From the IMG/VR virus record IMGVR_UViG_3300045988_095223: DNA of 32,195 bases; one strand, written 5' to 3'. Below, piece by piece: positions 1 through 6,848 of the stretch. Position 1 is the first letter of the stretch. Every line of letters begins with the position of its first letter. The position numbers and the translations under genes are program-made. The notes beneath the pieces were generated by a model, which searched no databases, was not told the DNA's origin, and saw nothing but the letters and a program-made list of their open reading frames with translations. Origin of the DNA: a virus.

Positions 1-62
1 AGAGCATTAATTTTATTTTCTGTACTTGTATAAGCATTTTTAAACCTTTTTAACGAGCATTC
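1..62. repeat. 62-bp terminal sequence identical to 32134..32195 (window ends overlap; unit genome length 32,133 bp)
   Basis: Direct character-by-character comparison: agagcattaattttattttctgtacttgtataagcatttttaaacctttttaacgagcattc occurs at both ends. Confidence 0.95.
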
Positions 63-425
63 TTTATCTGCTAGTCTATTTATACTATCTTTGCAGAAAC
101 GAGTTCCTAGAGCCTCAAAATAAGCCATAGCGGGTGCTTTCCCATCCCTTTCAGTATCCCAATTCTTTCTTTCTTCGGTTGTTTTTATTGCTCTATCTAT
201 TTCTATTTGTGTTTTTAATTCTATTATGTCTTTGGTAAGTCTTGCTATTACTTCTCCTATTAAGTAATTAAGATTAGAATAAACCTCTATATTATGAGCA
301 TAGAAATACATTGTATTAGGTTCATCTATAATGTTTTTAAATACTTCTTGATACATACTAGCCAATTCTTTTTCACTTATCCTTTTTATATTAAAGGGAT
401 TGAATAAAAATAATTTTTCTTCCAT
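1..425 (-). CDS. Hypothetical protein, 5' part of a gene that runs off the window start and continues at 32088..32133 (156 aa once circularised)
   Basis: ATG at 425..423 opens a frame to position 1. The same frame continues through the repeated end to a TAA at 32088..32090 (425 + 46 = 471 nt = 157 codons). No recognisable motif. Confidence 0.6.
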   Translation of the reverse strand, partial: MEEKLFLFNPFNIKRISEKELASMYQEVFKNIIDEPNTMYFYAHNIEVYSNLNYLIGEVIARLTKDIIELKTQIEIDRAIKTTEERKNWDTERDGKAPAMAYFEALGTRFCKDSINRLADKECSLKRFKNAYTSTENKINA

Positions 426-446
426 TTACTCATCACTCTCTACTTT

Positions 447-803
447 CTAACTAATAATTCCATTTTTTCTTAATGTTTTTAAATCCTCTGTTAATTCTTT
501 TTGAAATTTTTCCATATCTTTTGTAAACTCTGCTATATTCCAACTATCGCACCACCAACTATCATAAGGTGTTTTTATTTGAACATAAGGGTATATTTCA
601 GTTCCACAAAAACAACATCTTTCTAAATTTATTGATAAATCGAAACTACCGCCGCAACAACTATAACTTTTATAAAATGATGTTGAATTTATTTCAACAG
701 GTCTATGAATACTATCATAATATTTACTAAAACCCATATCATTTAATAATTTCATTGTTTCTTCTGTCAAATGTGTTATTTTAGGTTTACTATTTCTTAA
801 CAT
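447..803 (-). CDS. Hypothetical Cys-rich protein
   Basis: ORF track, 118 aa; CC..CCFC cysteine clusters; start overlaps the upstream stop. Confidence 0.5.
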   Translation of the reverse strand: MLRNSKPKITHLTEETMKLLNDMGFSKYYDSIHRPVEINSTSFYKSYSCCGGSFDLSINLERCCFCGTEIYPYVQIKTPYDSWWCDSWNIAEFTKDMEKFQKELTEDLKTLRKNGIIS

Positions 804-1060
804 TATCTCACCACCTTTAATATATCTAATAATTCACTCGGCTTGCTTTCTTCTTCAAACCAATCATTTGCACCATGTGTCCAATCTCGAACCCATTCTA
901 TTGCTTTATCTATTGTTCTTTTATATACATCTCTTGTTTGTATTATATCATCTCTAGTGCTTGTTTCATAAATGATAAACTCTGCTACTTCATCTGGAAT
1001 ATCATAATCTTTACCATTTATATTTATTTTTCCTTTACTTAATTTAATATTATATTTCAT
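803..1060 (-). CDS. Hypothetical protein
   Basis: ORF track, 85 aa; TAATG start/stop coupling with the upstream small ORF. Confidence 0.5.
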   Translation of the reverse strand: MKYNIKLSKGKININGKDYDIPDEVAEFIIYETSTRDDIIQTRDVYKRTIDKAIEWVRDWTHGANDWFEEESKPSELLDILKVVR

Positions 1061-1218
1061 TATTTCCCTCCTTTTATTTTTTGTACCTTTTCAAGCATAG
1101 CCATTACTAAGAATGATGTCTTGCTTTGGCCTGTCAACTTTGTTGCTTTTTCTAATTCATTAAACTCCCATTCAGAAAGCCTAATATTTAATACTCTTGT
1201 TTTTGTTTTCTTTCTCAT
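1060..1218 (-). CDS. Ribbon-helix-helix (CopG/Arc-like) DNA-binding protein, 52 aa, not in the ORF track
   Basis: Hand translation: MRKKTKTRVLNIRLSEWEFNELEKATKLTGQSKTSFLVMAMLEKVQKIKGGK. It shows a beta-strand/helix/helix pattern typical of RHH. AGGAGA Shine-Dalgarno lies 5 nt upstream, and the stop overlaps the next ATG (TAATG). Confidence 0.5.
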   Translation of the reverse strand: MRKKTKTRVLNIRLSEWEFNELEKATKLTGQSKTSFLVMAMLEKVQKIKGGK

Positions 1219-1226
1219 ATTATCTC

Positions 1227-1433
1227 CTATCTACAATATTGGTCATATAATTCACAATATTGATTTTTATATTCTTTTAAATTATCAATTTCTTCTTGTT
1301 GTTTTTCTATTTCTGCATAATAATCTTCTAATTTATCAACTAATTCCTCAACAGATACTAAATCTTGATTTTTAAATATATCATTTAATACACCACTATT
1401 AATATCTTTTAAATTAATATATACTTCGTTCAT
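1227..1433 (-). CDS. Hypothetical coiled-coil protein
   Basis: ORF track, 68 aa, in an operon-like tight array. Confidence 0.45.
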   Translation of the reverse strand: MNEVYINLKDINSGVLNDIFKNQDLVSVEELVDKLEDYYAEIEKQQEEIDNLKEYKNQYCELYDQYCR

Positions 1434-1696
1434 TATCTAAACCTCCTTTTCTTTCTTGTTATTTCCTCTCTTTTTAATCTATCACATTCTTCTTTACTTT
1501 TTACTTTAACAAACATATCATTAGGTAAAGTACATCCATATTTCTTTATCTGATATTTTTCTATTTCTATTATCAATTCTTCTAAATATTTGAAATTTCC
1601 ATGTTCTTTTTTAAAATTCTTTCTAAATGTATCTCTATTTGGTAAACATTTATCTTTATACAAATTAAAGTAAAAATTCAATTTAAACTCTTCCAT
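1433..1696 (-). CDS. Hypothetical basic protein
   Basis: ORF track, 87 aa. Confidence 0.45.
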   Translation of the reverse strand: MEEFKLNFYFNLYKDKCLPNRDTFRKNFKKEHGNFKYLEELIIEIEKYQIKKYGCTLPNDMFVKVKSKEECDRLKREEITRKKRRFR

Positions 1697-2289
1697 TATT
1701 TCCCTCCTAATTCTTTATAATATTCCCAAATAAACCCACCTGCTGTTCTATTGTAATGTTTGCAGCAAAAAGTAATGTTGTTATGTAAAATGCCTAATTC
1801 TCTTTCAATATCCATCGTACTATTCCAAACCTTTATAACTTCACCATTTTTGTTTTTTTGAATAATTTTCTTTGATTTTCTTTTGCCATTATTACTGCTT
1901 GCTTTTCTCACATTCTCACATAATCCATTATCCCATGCATATCTAACATTTTGTTTTTGACTACACCATTCTAGATTTTCAATTCTATTATCATTTTTAA
2001 TTCCATTAATATGATTTATACAAGAATAGTTATTTGGATTAGGAATAAAGGCTTGTGCTATTATTCTGTGCAAAAATAAATTTTTTCTTATTCCATTTTT
2101 ATCTGTTAACTTTACATATTTATAGCCCAATTTATGTGTTCCTATTGATATATATTTATTAATTTCTTTTTCTTCTATCTCCTTTTTATTTATATTGTAT
2201 TTTTTGTTTTTTATTTTCTTTACATTACCTAAATTACTAATTTGATATAATCCTTCGTATCCTTTTATATCTTTCCATATTTCTTTCAT
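1696..2289 (-). CDS. Free-standing HNH homing endonuclease (NUMOD4-like N-terminus plus HNH_3-like core)
   Basis: WKDIKGYEGLYQISNLGNV at the N-terminus. HRIIAQAF...INHINGIKNDNRIENLEWCSQKQN forms an HNH core. Paralogous to the intron ORF at 4841..5389. Confidence 0.75.
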   Translation of the reverse strand: MKEIWKDIKGYEGLYQISNLGNVKKIKNKKYNINKKEIEEKEINKYISIGTHKLGYKYVKLTDKNGIRKNLFLHRIIAQAFIPNPNNYSCINHINGIKNDNRIENLEWCSQKQNVRYAWDNGLCENVRKASSNNGKRKSKKIIQKNKNGEVIKVWNSTMDIERELGILHNNITFCCKHYNRTAGGFIWEYYKELGGK

Positions 2290-2297
2290 ATAACCAC

Positions 2298-2945
2298 CTA
2301 TTTTGCTAACTCATTATAATATTTATAAACTCCGCTTACCCAATATTGATTAAGGTTGTTAGGGTCATTATCTGCTCCGATAGGAGCGTATTTAGCACTA
2401 ATCTCTTCGATAACATCTAATCCTAAATCTATATACTTTGTCTTTAAATTATTTACAAAAAACTCTATCCCCTCATCTAAACTACTAAAATTCATTAAAC
2501 TACCATTTTTAAAGTTTCCACCCACATTATTTTTTTCTTTAAATGCTACTGATGTATATTTGCCTGTTTCATGCATTGATATAGCAACTGCTAATTTCCA
2601 ATCAACGCCATAATCTTGTGCCACTTTCTTAATTTTGCAAGATACTTCATCTAAAGTACATTCATTTGACAAATCTTCTATTTTTTCCAAACTCTCTAAT
2701 TCGGCATTTTTTTGTGATTTAAGAGACTTTTCTTCTTCTTGGTCTATTTGTATTACTTCTTTGTTTTCATTTGTTTCTGCTTTAGCAATTAAGTCTGAGC
2801 ATATAAATAAGTTACTATATACAAGTCCACACATAAAACCTATGAAAAATAGTATCAAAACCTTTTTAACCTTACCCCATAATTTGTTTATTTCTTTTTT
2901 TCTTTTATAACTTTTTCTAGTTGTTACCTCTTTATTCTTTTTCAT
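2298..2945 (-). CDS. Membrane-anchored peptidoglycan hydrolase (glucosaminidase/LytD-like domain)
   Basis: N-terminal TM segment (VLILFFIGFMCGLVYSNLFI). C-terminal VDWKLAVAISMHETGKYTSVAFKEKNNVGGNF resembles the Glucosaminidase family. Confidence 0.5.
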   Translation of the reverse strand: MKKNKEVTTRKSYKRKKEINKLWGKVKKVLILFFIGFMCGLVYSNLFICSDLIAKAETNENKEVIQIDQEEEKSLKSQKNAELESLEKIEDLSNECTLDEVSCKIKKVAQDYGVDWKLAVAISMHETGKYTSVAFKEKNNVGGNFKNGSLMNFSSLDEGIEFFVNNLKTKYIDLGLDVIEEISAKYAPIGADNDPNNLNQYWVSGVYKYYNELAK

Positions 2946-2962
2946 CTTTAATTTCCTTTCTT

Positions 2963-3169
2963 TTATTTAAATTTATCCTTGAAATAATTATAATTCAATG
3001 TAAATACTTCAATTGCTAATACTAATATAAATACTCCAAACCATGTTAAGGTTGTTAATTCTTTGCTTATAAATGGATATACAAGTATCATATACATATA
3101 TTTAAGTATTACTCCAGCACTTGCAAATAGTCCTAATGCATTCCCTATTGGTACGATTATCTTTTTCAT
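2963..3169 (-). CDS. Small integral membrane protein (2 TM)
   Basis: ORF track, 68 aa, two hydrophobic stretches. Confidence 0.5.
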   Translation of the reverse strand: MKKIIVPIGNALGLFASAGVILKYMYMILVYPFISKELTTLTWFGVFILVLAIEVFTLNYNYFKDKFK

Positions 3170-3255
3170 TATATTCTTTCTCCTTTCTTAACTTCATAAT
3201 ATTCATATAAATCTCTATCTAAATTATCTCTTAACCATCTAATTATCTTTTTCAT
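3169..3255 (-). CDS. Possible 28-aa micro-ORF
   Basis: Hand translation MKKIIRWLRDNLDRDLYEYYEVKKGERI. TAATG coupling at both ends. Confidence 0.25.
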   Translation of the reverse strand: MKKIIRWLRDNLDRDLYEYYEVKKGERI

Positions 3256-3407
3256 TATTCTTTACCCCCTATCATTAAACTATACTTAGGTGTATATTCC
3301 TTACCAGTCATTTTATTGTAAATGAATACTATTTCATTACCACTTAATACTGGTATATAACCTTTCTTATTTACTAACTTTTCAACTTTCTTAATTTCTT
3401 TTTTCAT
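3255..3407 (-). CDS. Hypothetical 50-aa protein, not in the ORF track
   Basis: Hand translation MKKEIKKVEKLVNKKGYIPVLSGNEIVFIYNKMTGKEYTPKYSLMIGGKE. AAAGGTGG Shine-Dalgarno upstream. Confidence 0.4.
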   Translation of the reverse strand: MKKEIKKVEKLVNKKGYIPVLSGNEIVFIYNKMTGKEYTPKYSLMIGGKE

Positions 3408-3452
3408 TCTAACCACCTTTTCTTTTTTATATCTTTAAACTGAGGAGAACTT

Positions 3453-3587
3453 TTAGTTCTCACTCAATTTTCTAATTATGTTGTCTGCCATTATGAACTC
3501 TTCATATTTGCCAGTTCCTTGTGTAAGAAATCTTGTTAATAATGTTATTATCAAATTAATTTCTTCTTTAGTTAATTTTTCCATCAT
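3453..3587 (-). CDS. Hypothetical 44-aa protein, first gene after the 3616..3645 promoter
   Basis: Hand translation MMEKLTKEEINLIITLLTRFLTQGTGKYEEFIMADNIIRKLSEN. AAGGAGAA Shine-Dalgarno upstream. Confidence 0.4.
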   Translation of the reverse strand: MMEKLTKEEINLIITLLTRFLTQGTGKYEEFIMADNIIRKLSEN

Positions 3588-3615
3588 TTGTTCTCCTTTC
3601 CTTAATTACAATATA

Positions 3616-3645
3616 ATTATAACATAATGTATTTACAATTGTCAA
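3616..3645 (-). promoter_or_regulatory. Sigma-A type promoter: -35 TTGACA (3645..3640), 18-nt spacer, extended -10 TGTTATAAT (-10 at 3621..3616)
   Basis: Minus strand reads TTGACAattgtaaatacattatgtTATAAT. It lies directly after the late-operon terminator and before a Shine-Dalgarno plus ATG. Confidence 0.65.
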
Positions 3646-3651
3646 TACATT
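3626..3651. promoter_or_regulatory. 26-bp near-perfect palindrome (24/26) overlapping the -35 box; candidate operator
   Basis: aatgtatttacaattgtcaatacatt compared with its reverse complement aatgtattgacaattgtaaatacatt. Confidence 0.5.
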
Positions 3652-3700
3652 TTAATAATTTTTTTTAATTTTTTTACATTTTCTTTATAAACCCTTATAA

Positions 3701-3734
3701 AATAAAGAAAAAAGAGTTAATGTTTTTTAACTCT
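3701..3734 (-). terminator. Rho-independent terminator ending the late (structural/lysis) operon
   Basis: Minus strand: AGAGTTAA-aaaaca-TTAACTCT followed by tttttctttatt. The stem overlaps the stop of the 3717..4037 ORF. Confidence 0.65.
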
Positions 3735-4037
3735 CTTTAATATTTTACCTACATTTAGGTAATATTCTTCATTTGGAGGTTGCATACTTTCATTTAATTC
3801 TCTAAATAAATTATTTAATTCATTATATGCTTGTAAATCTATTCTTTCAATTCTATGCAAGTCCTCATGAGATTTCTCTATTAATAAAGCATAATTAGAT
3901 ATATTATTATCTCCTCCATATACCCTTTTAAATATATGATGCCTTGTTAAAGGTGTATTTCTATATATCTTATAGCCCATCCAATCTCTTTCTTTTGTTT
4001 TATAGATTTTAAGCATAATCTTAACATCTTTATTCAT
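3717..4037 (-). CDS. Small HNH endonuclease
   Basis: LTRHHIFKRVYGGDNNISNYALLIEKSHEDLH fits the H-N-H beta-beta-alpha metal motif. Confidence 0.6.
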   Translation of the reverse strand: MNKDVKIMLKIYKTKERDWMGYKIYRNTPLTRHHIFKRVYGGDNNISNYALLIEKSHEDLHRIERIDLQAYNELNNLFRELNESMQPPNEEYYLNVGKILKRVKKH

Positions 4038-4040
4038 CTT

Positions 4041-4724
4041 TTATTTTCCAATATACATTGAGAATGTTGTTATAGGTTTCTTTGGTACCCCCGCGTACCC
4101 ATCAAATCCTTTGGCTTTTATCAAGTCTTTTTGATAAGGATATCCATTTACTCTATAATAAGCATATTGGTAAGGTCTAATATTGTCTGGTGTATAATAG
4201 TAACATTCTACTAACGATATAGGGTCTCCATTACCAGCCCAACCAGACATATAGTTATCTATATCGCAGTCAGTTATCCAGCCTAAGGTTTTTCCACTTA
4301 CTGTAGTTACCCTATATTTAATTCCACCTTTATCTACTCTGATGGCAAGCCCAATTATAGGGCTTCCCTCATAGCCAGCATAATCTTCTAAGTTTTTAAC
4401 TTCTGGAAGCCAACCATGTTTTTGTGTTTTAACTCTATAATAAACATTAACTTCATTTGAAACAGGGTTATCTTCTAATTTAGCCTTTATCATATTTAAG
4501 AACCTATCCCAACCTTTATCCATTGTTCTATGAGGGCAATATTTTTTATCAGGTGCATAATCATAATGTCTTTTTACTACTGATATATCCCAACCATATT
4601 TTTTAAGTAAATCTGCTATTAATTCGGCTGCATTTTCTTCTGCTTTGTCAAATCTTTCTCCACCAGATTTAGAATAACATATTTCTATTGCTATAGTTGT
4701 TCTGTTGCCTGGACCATTACCATC
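4041..4724 (-). CDS. Endolysin exon 2: C-terminal half of the N-acetylmuramoyl-L-alanine amidase (Amidase_2/PGRP) domain plus ChW-like cell-wall-binding repeats
   Basis: DGNGPGNRTTIAIEICYSKSGGERFDKAEENAAEL...KKYCPHR continues the amidase fold begun in exon 1. Repeats such as YRVKTQKHGWLPEVKNLEDYAGYEGSPIIGLAIRV resemble Clostridial hydrophobic-W repeats. Exon 1 (228 nt) + exon 2 (684 nt) = 912 nt, in frame. Confidence 0.85.
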   Translation of the reverse strand, partial: DGNGPGNRTTIAIEICYSKSGGERFDKAEENAAELIADLLKKYGWDISVVKRHYDYAPDKKYCPHRTMDKGWDRFLNMIKAKLEDNPVSNEVNVYYRVKTQKHGWLPEVKNLEDYAGYEGSPIIGLAIRVDKGGIKYRVTTVSGKTLGWITDCDIDNYMSGWAGNGDPISLVECYYYTPDNIRPYQYAYYRVNGYPYQKDLIKAKGFDGYAGVPKKPITTFSMYIGK

Positions 4725-5580
4725 CATTTGTATTCAACACAGGTCGTTAATCTGTGTTCGTTCTTTTACGAACTGCTTTATGTTTCCATAAAGATTAGAC
4801 TATATCATTATCCTTTTTCAAGGATACTCTCCATTTCCACTCACTTGAGTGTACTCCCTTTCGGGATAGTCGTTGAACCTTCATATTGTTTCCATATATA
4901 ACCATAAGCGGTTTTTCTTTTTCCTCTTATACATCTACCTATATTGCCACTGATATTTTTATCTTTGCCTAAATGTATCAATGCTTCCCTACAAGTATCG
5001 TATATTTTTATTAAATTGCCTTGTAAATCATATTGTGCTATTCCATATTTAACTTCGTTAGTTAAATTATTGTTTATTGCATGTATTCTATTTTCTTTAT
5101 GTGTTACCCACTCTAAATTATTTAATTTATTATTTTTTTTATTACCATCTATATGATTTATTTCTTCTTTTTGTTCTTGACTAGAAAAAGCCAGCATTAC
5201 TAATCTGTGAACTTTTGGACATTTATATAAAGAATTAGTTCCTCTTAAATCATAATATAAATATCCGCTACTATCAACCGATGGTTTCATAAATCTTTTT
5301 CTACATGGAGTGTATAATCTGCCATCATCATAAATAAAATATCCTTTGCAATTTTCAAATCCGTTTACTTCGCTTAATTCTTTTTTCATATTACCACCAA
5401 ATTAATTATACTACAATTGGCATAATTTGTCAACTTAGTGATGGAAACAATATGCTTGGTTGCTGATTGCCCATTGTACATACTTTAGATTTTTACACTT
5501 TGGTACTAAAGCCTTTAGGGTGTTCCAGCAATTAAAAGAGTTTTCTTATACTATTGCTAATATAAGGAGCAATTTTGTTT
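4725..5580 (-). mobile_element. Group I self-splicing intron (about 856 nt) in the endolysin gene, carrying an HNH homing endonuclease ORF
   Basis: Exon 1 ends in U (..GCG AGU|) and the intron ends in G (..CAAAUG|GAU). GCUC, 10 nt into the intron, can pair with exon GAGU to give the U.G wobble of P1. Conserved core strands are AACGACUAU (4874..4866) and GAUAUAGUCUAAUC (4806..4793), where GACUAU/AUAGUC forms a P7-like pairing. Confidence 0.85.
4841..5389 (-). CDS. Intron-encoded HNH homing endonuclease (HNH_3-like)
   Basis: HRLVMLAFSS...INHIDGNKKNNKLNNLEWVTHKENRIHA. It lies wholly inside the endolysin interruption, and its 3' end overlaps the ribozyme core strand AACGACUAU. Confidence 0.8.
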   Translation of the reverse strand: MKKELSEVNGFENCKGYFIYDDGRLYTPCRKRFMKPSVDSSGYLYYDLRGTNSLYKCPKVHRLVMLAFSSQEQKEEINHIDGNKKNNKLNNLEWVTHKENRIHAINNNLTNEVKYGIAQYDLQGNLIKIYDTCREALIHLGKDKNISGNIGRCIRGKRKTAYGYIWKQYEGSTTIPKGSTLK

Positions 5581-5808
5581 ACTCGCATGCCAACCATTCC
5601 TATCAAGTGGAAGTCCTTGCACTATTTCTTTGTCATCAACAGCATAGTGGAAAGATGTTTCATAGTTATTATTTGTCATATATGCTATTTCGTTTCTAGC
5701 ACTCGCATCATTAGCAGTATTATGTACTGTTATTCCTTTTGGTGTCATTTCATAAGGGCATTTTATACCCCATTTACTTTCTGGTACTAATCTCTTTATT
5801 ATTTCCAT
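5581..5808 (-). CDS. Endolysin exon 1: N-terminal part of the Amidase_2 domain
   Basis: MEIIKRLVPESKWGIKCPYEMTPKGITVHNTANDASARNEIAYMTNNNYETSFHYAVDDKEIVQGLPLDRNGWHAS closely parallels PlyG/PlyL-type amidases (recalled: ..ITVHNT.ND..A.NE..YM..N....SFH.AVDD......P..RNAWACGDGNGSGN). The ORF-track tail KQNCSLY is intron read-through. Confidence 0.85.
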
Positions 5809-5813
5809 ATTAT

Positions 5814-6065
5814 CTACTCTCCTTTTATTAATTTCTCTAAATTATGGAATATGTCATATGTGCCACCTGCGATTATTCCACTTAGAGCAATAGCAACCTT
5901 AAAATCTTTAGTTACTACCCACTCTATTAAAGCAACTATCAATCCAACCGCAATATTCTGCATTGGTATTAATTTATTATTTAATTTAGTATGCTTCTTT
6001 GATATAACACCTAATACCCAAGTTACTATGACAGTTACCAAACTTATTAATGTACTTAATTCCAT
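5814..6065 (-). CDS. Holin (83 aa from MELSTL..)
   Basis: Two to three TM segments and a charged C-terminus, immediately upstream of the endolysin. AGGGAGG Shine-Dalgarno lies 8 nt before the ATG at 6065; the ORF-track start at 6074 is a GTG inside the upstream gene. Confidence 0.7.
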   Translation of the reverse strand: MELSTLISLVTVIVTWVLGVISKKHTKLNNKLIPMQNIAVGLIVALIEWVVTKDFKVAIALSGIIAGGTYDIFHNLEKLIKGE

Positions 6066-6067
6066 TC

Positions 6068-6274
6068 TTAACACCTCCCTTTCAATTCACTAATTTCTTC
6101 TTTTATATACTTAACATCATCTTCTAAGCGATATGTTCTTTCTACCACAGTATTATGTTTCTCTACTTTTTTTTCAAGTTGATTAATTCTATACTTGATT
6201 AAATTCATTCCAGCAAAGGAACCTATACAAGTACCTAAAAATGATATAAGTGCTACTATTATTGTATCGTTCAT
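6068..6274 (-). CDS. Membrane-anchored coiled-coil protein of the lysis cassette (XhlA-like role is possible)
   Basis: N-terminal TM (IIVALISFLGTCIGSFAGMNLI) followed by a heptad-like charged region. Positioned just before the holin. Confidence 0.4.
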   Translation of the reverse strand: MNDTIIVALISFLGTCIGSFAGMNLIKYRINQLEKKVEKHNTVVERTYRLEDDVKYIKEEISELKGRC

Positions 6275-6286
6275 ATTTCCTCCTTT

Positions 6287-6835
6287 TTAATCTGTTGTTT
6301 TTGTATATAATAGTGTTATATATTTAGTCCAACTAGTATTCCATCCGCCTGTTGTAAATATATATATATTCTCTTTATTTACATAAGCATAACAATTATC
6401 AGTAAAATTTCCAGCATAACCAATAATAGGTAAACTATAAGATGTTCCTGTTGTCTCTGTGAAATACGAATTGCCATAATCAACATTTATTTCATCTACA
6501 TTGGCTATCTCATGTGGTACTGTGAAAGAACCACTTATAGTTGTTTTAAATGTAATTGTCTTTCTATATCGTGGCTTTCCAAACCAAGTTCCTATAATAG
6601 TTTCTTCCGAAGAATACATTCTCATATTTTTACTATTTGTATTTGTTTCATTCAGTGCTTCTACTAAATTAGATTTATTAGTAGTATTCAAATTACTTAA
6701 TAAACCCATATTATCATCATTTGTATTAACTACATCTTTTATTTCATTTAAATCTGTGGCATTGCACTTATTTACATCTGGTATGTCAGAATTAACATTT
6801 AATGCTACCTTATCTTCATATGTTATTTTAGCCAT
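6287..6835 (-). CDS. Putative tail fibre / receptor-binding accessory protein
   Basis: Last structural gene before lysis. N/T-rich and predicted beta-rich. Call rests on position only. Confidence 0.3.
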   Translation of the reverse strand: MAKITYEDKVALNVNSDIPDVNKCNATDLNEIKDVVNTNDDNMGLLSNLNTTNKSNLVEALNETNTNSKNMRMYSSEETIIGTWFGKPRYRKTITFKTTISGSFTVPHEIANVDEINVDYGNSYFTETTGTSYSLPIIGYAGNFTDNCYAYVNKENIYIFTTGGWNTSWTKYITLLYTKTTD

Positions 6836-6848
6836 TTTATCTCCTCCT

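Noticed and set aside
1-62. The 62-bp end identity interpreted as a biologically meaningful direct terminal repeat or as an insertion-sequence boundary.
   Set aside because: The repeat falls inside a coding sequence that continues in frame across the junction. There are no inverted repeats or transposase. An assembly overlap of a circular or circularly permuted genome is the simplest reading, and a short physical DTR cannot be excluded without reads.
3441-3466. The hairpin TGAG-GAGAAC-tttta-GTTCTC-a-CTCA at the end of the 44-aa ORF, as a terminator.
   Set aside because: It is not followed by a convincing U-tract on the minus strand, and the next gene's Shine-Dalgarno follows immediately. It is more likely a processing or stability element, or chance.
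5557-5580. C-terminal tail KQNCSLY of ORF 5557..5808, and tail IKINVCLISNN (11846..11879) of ORF 11846..12361, as real protein ends. Both genes could also be read as pseudogenes.
   Set aside because: The tails start exactly where similarity to the conserved families stops. The missing continuations are found in frame after group I-compatible splice sites, so these are intron read-through rather than truncations or gene decay.
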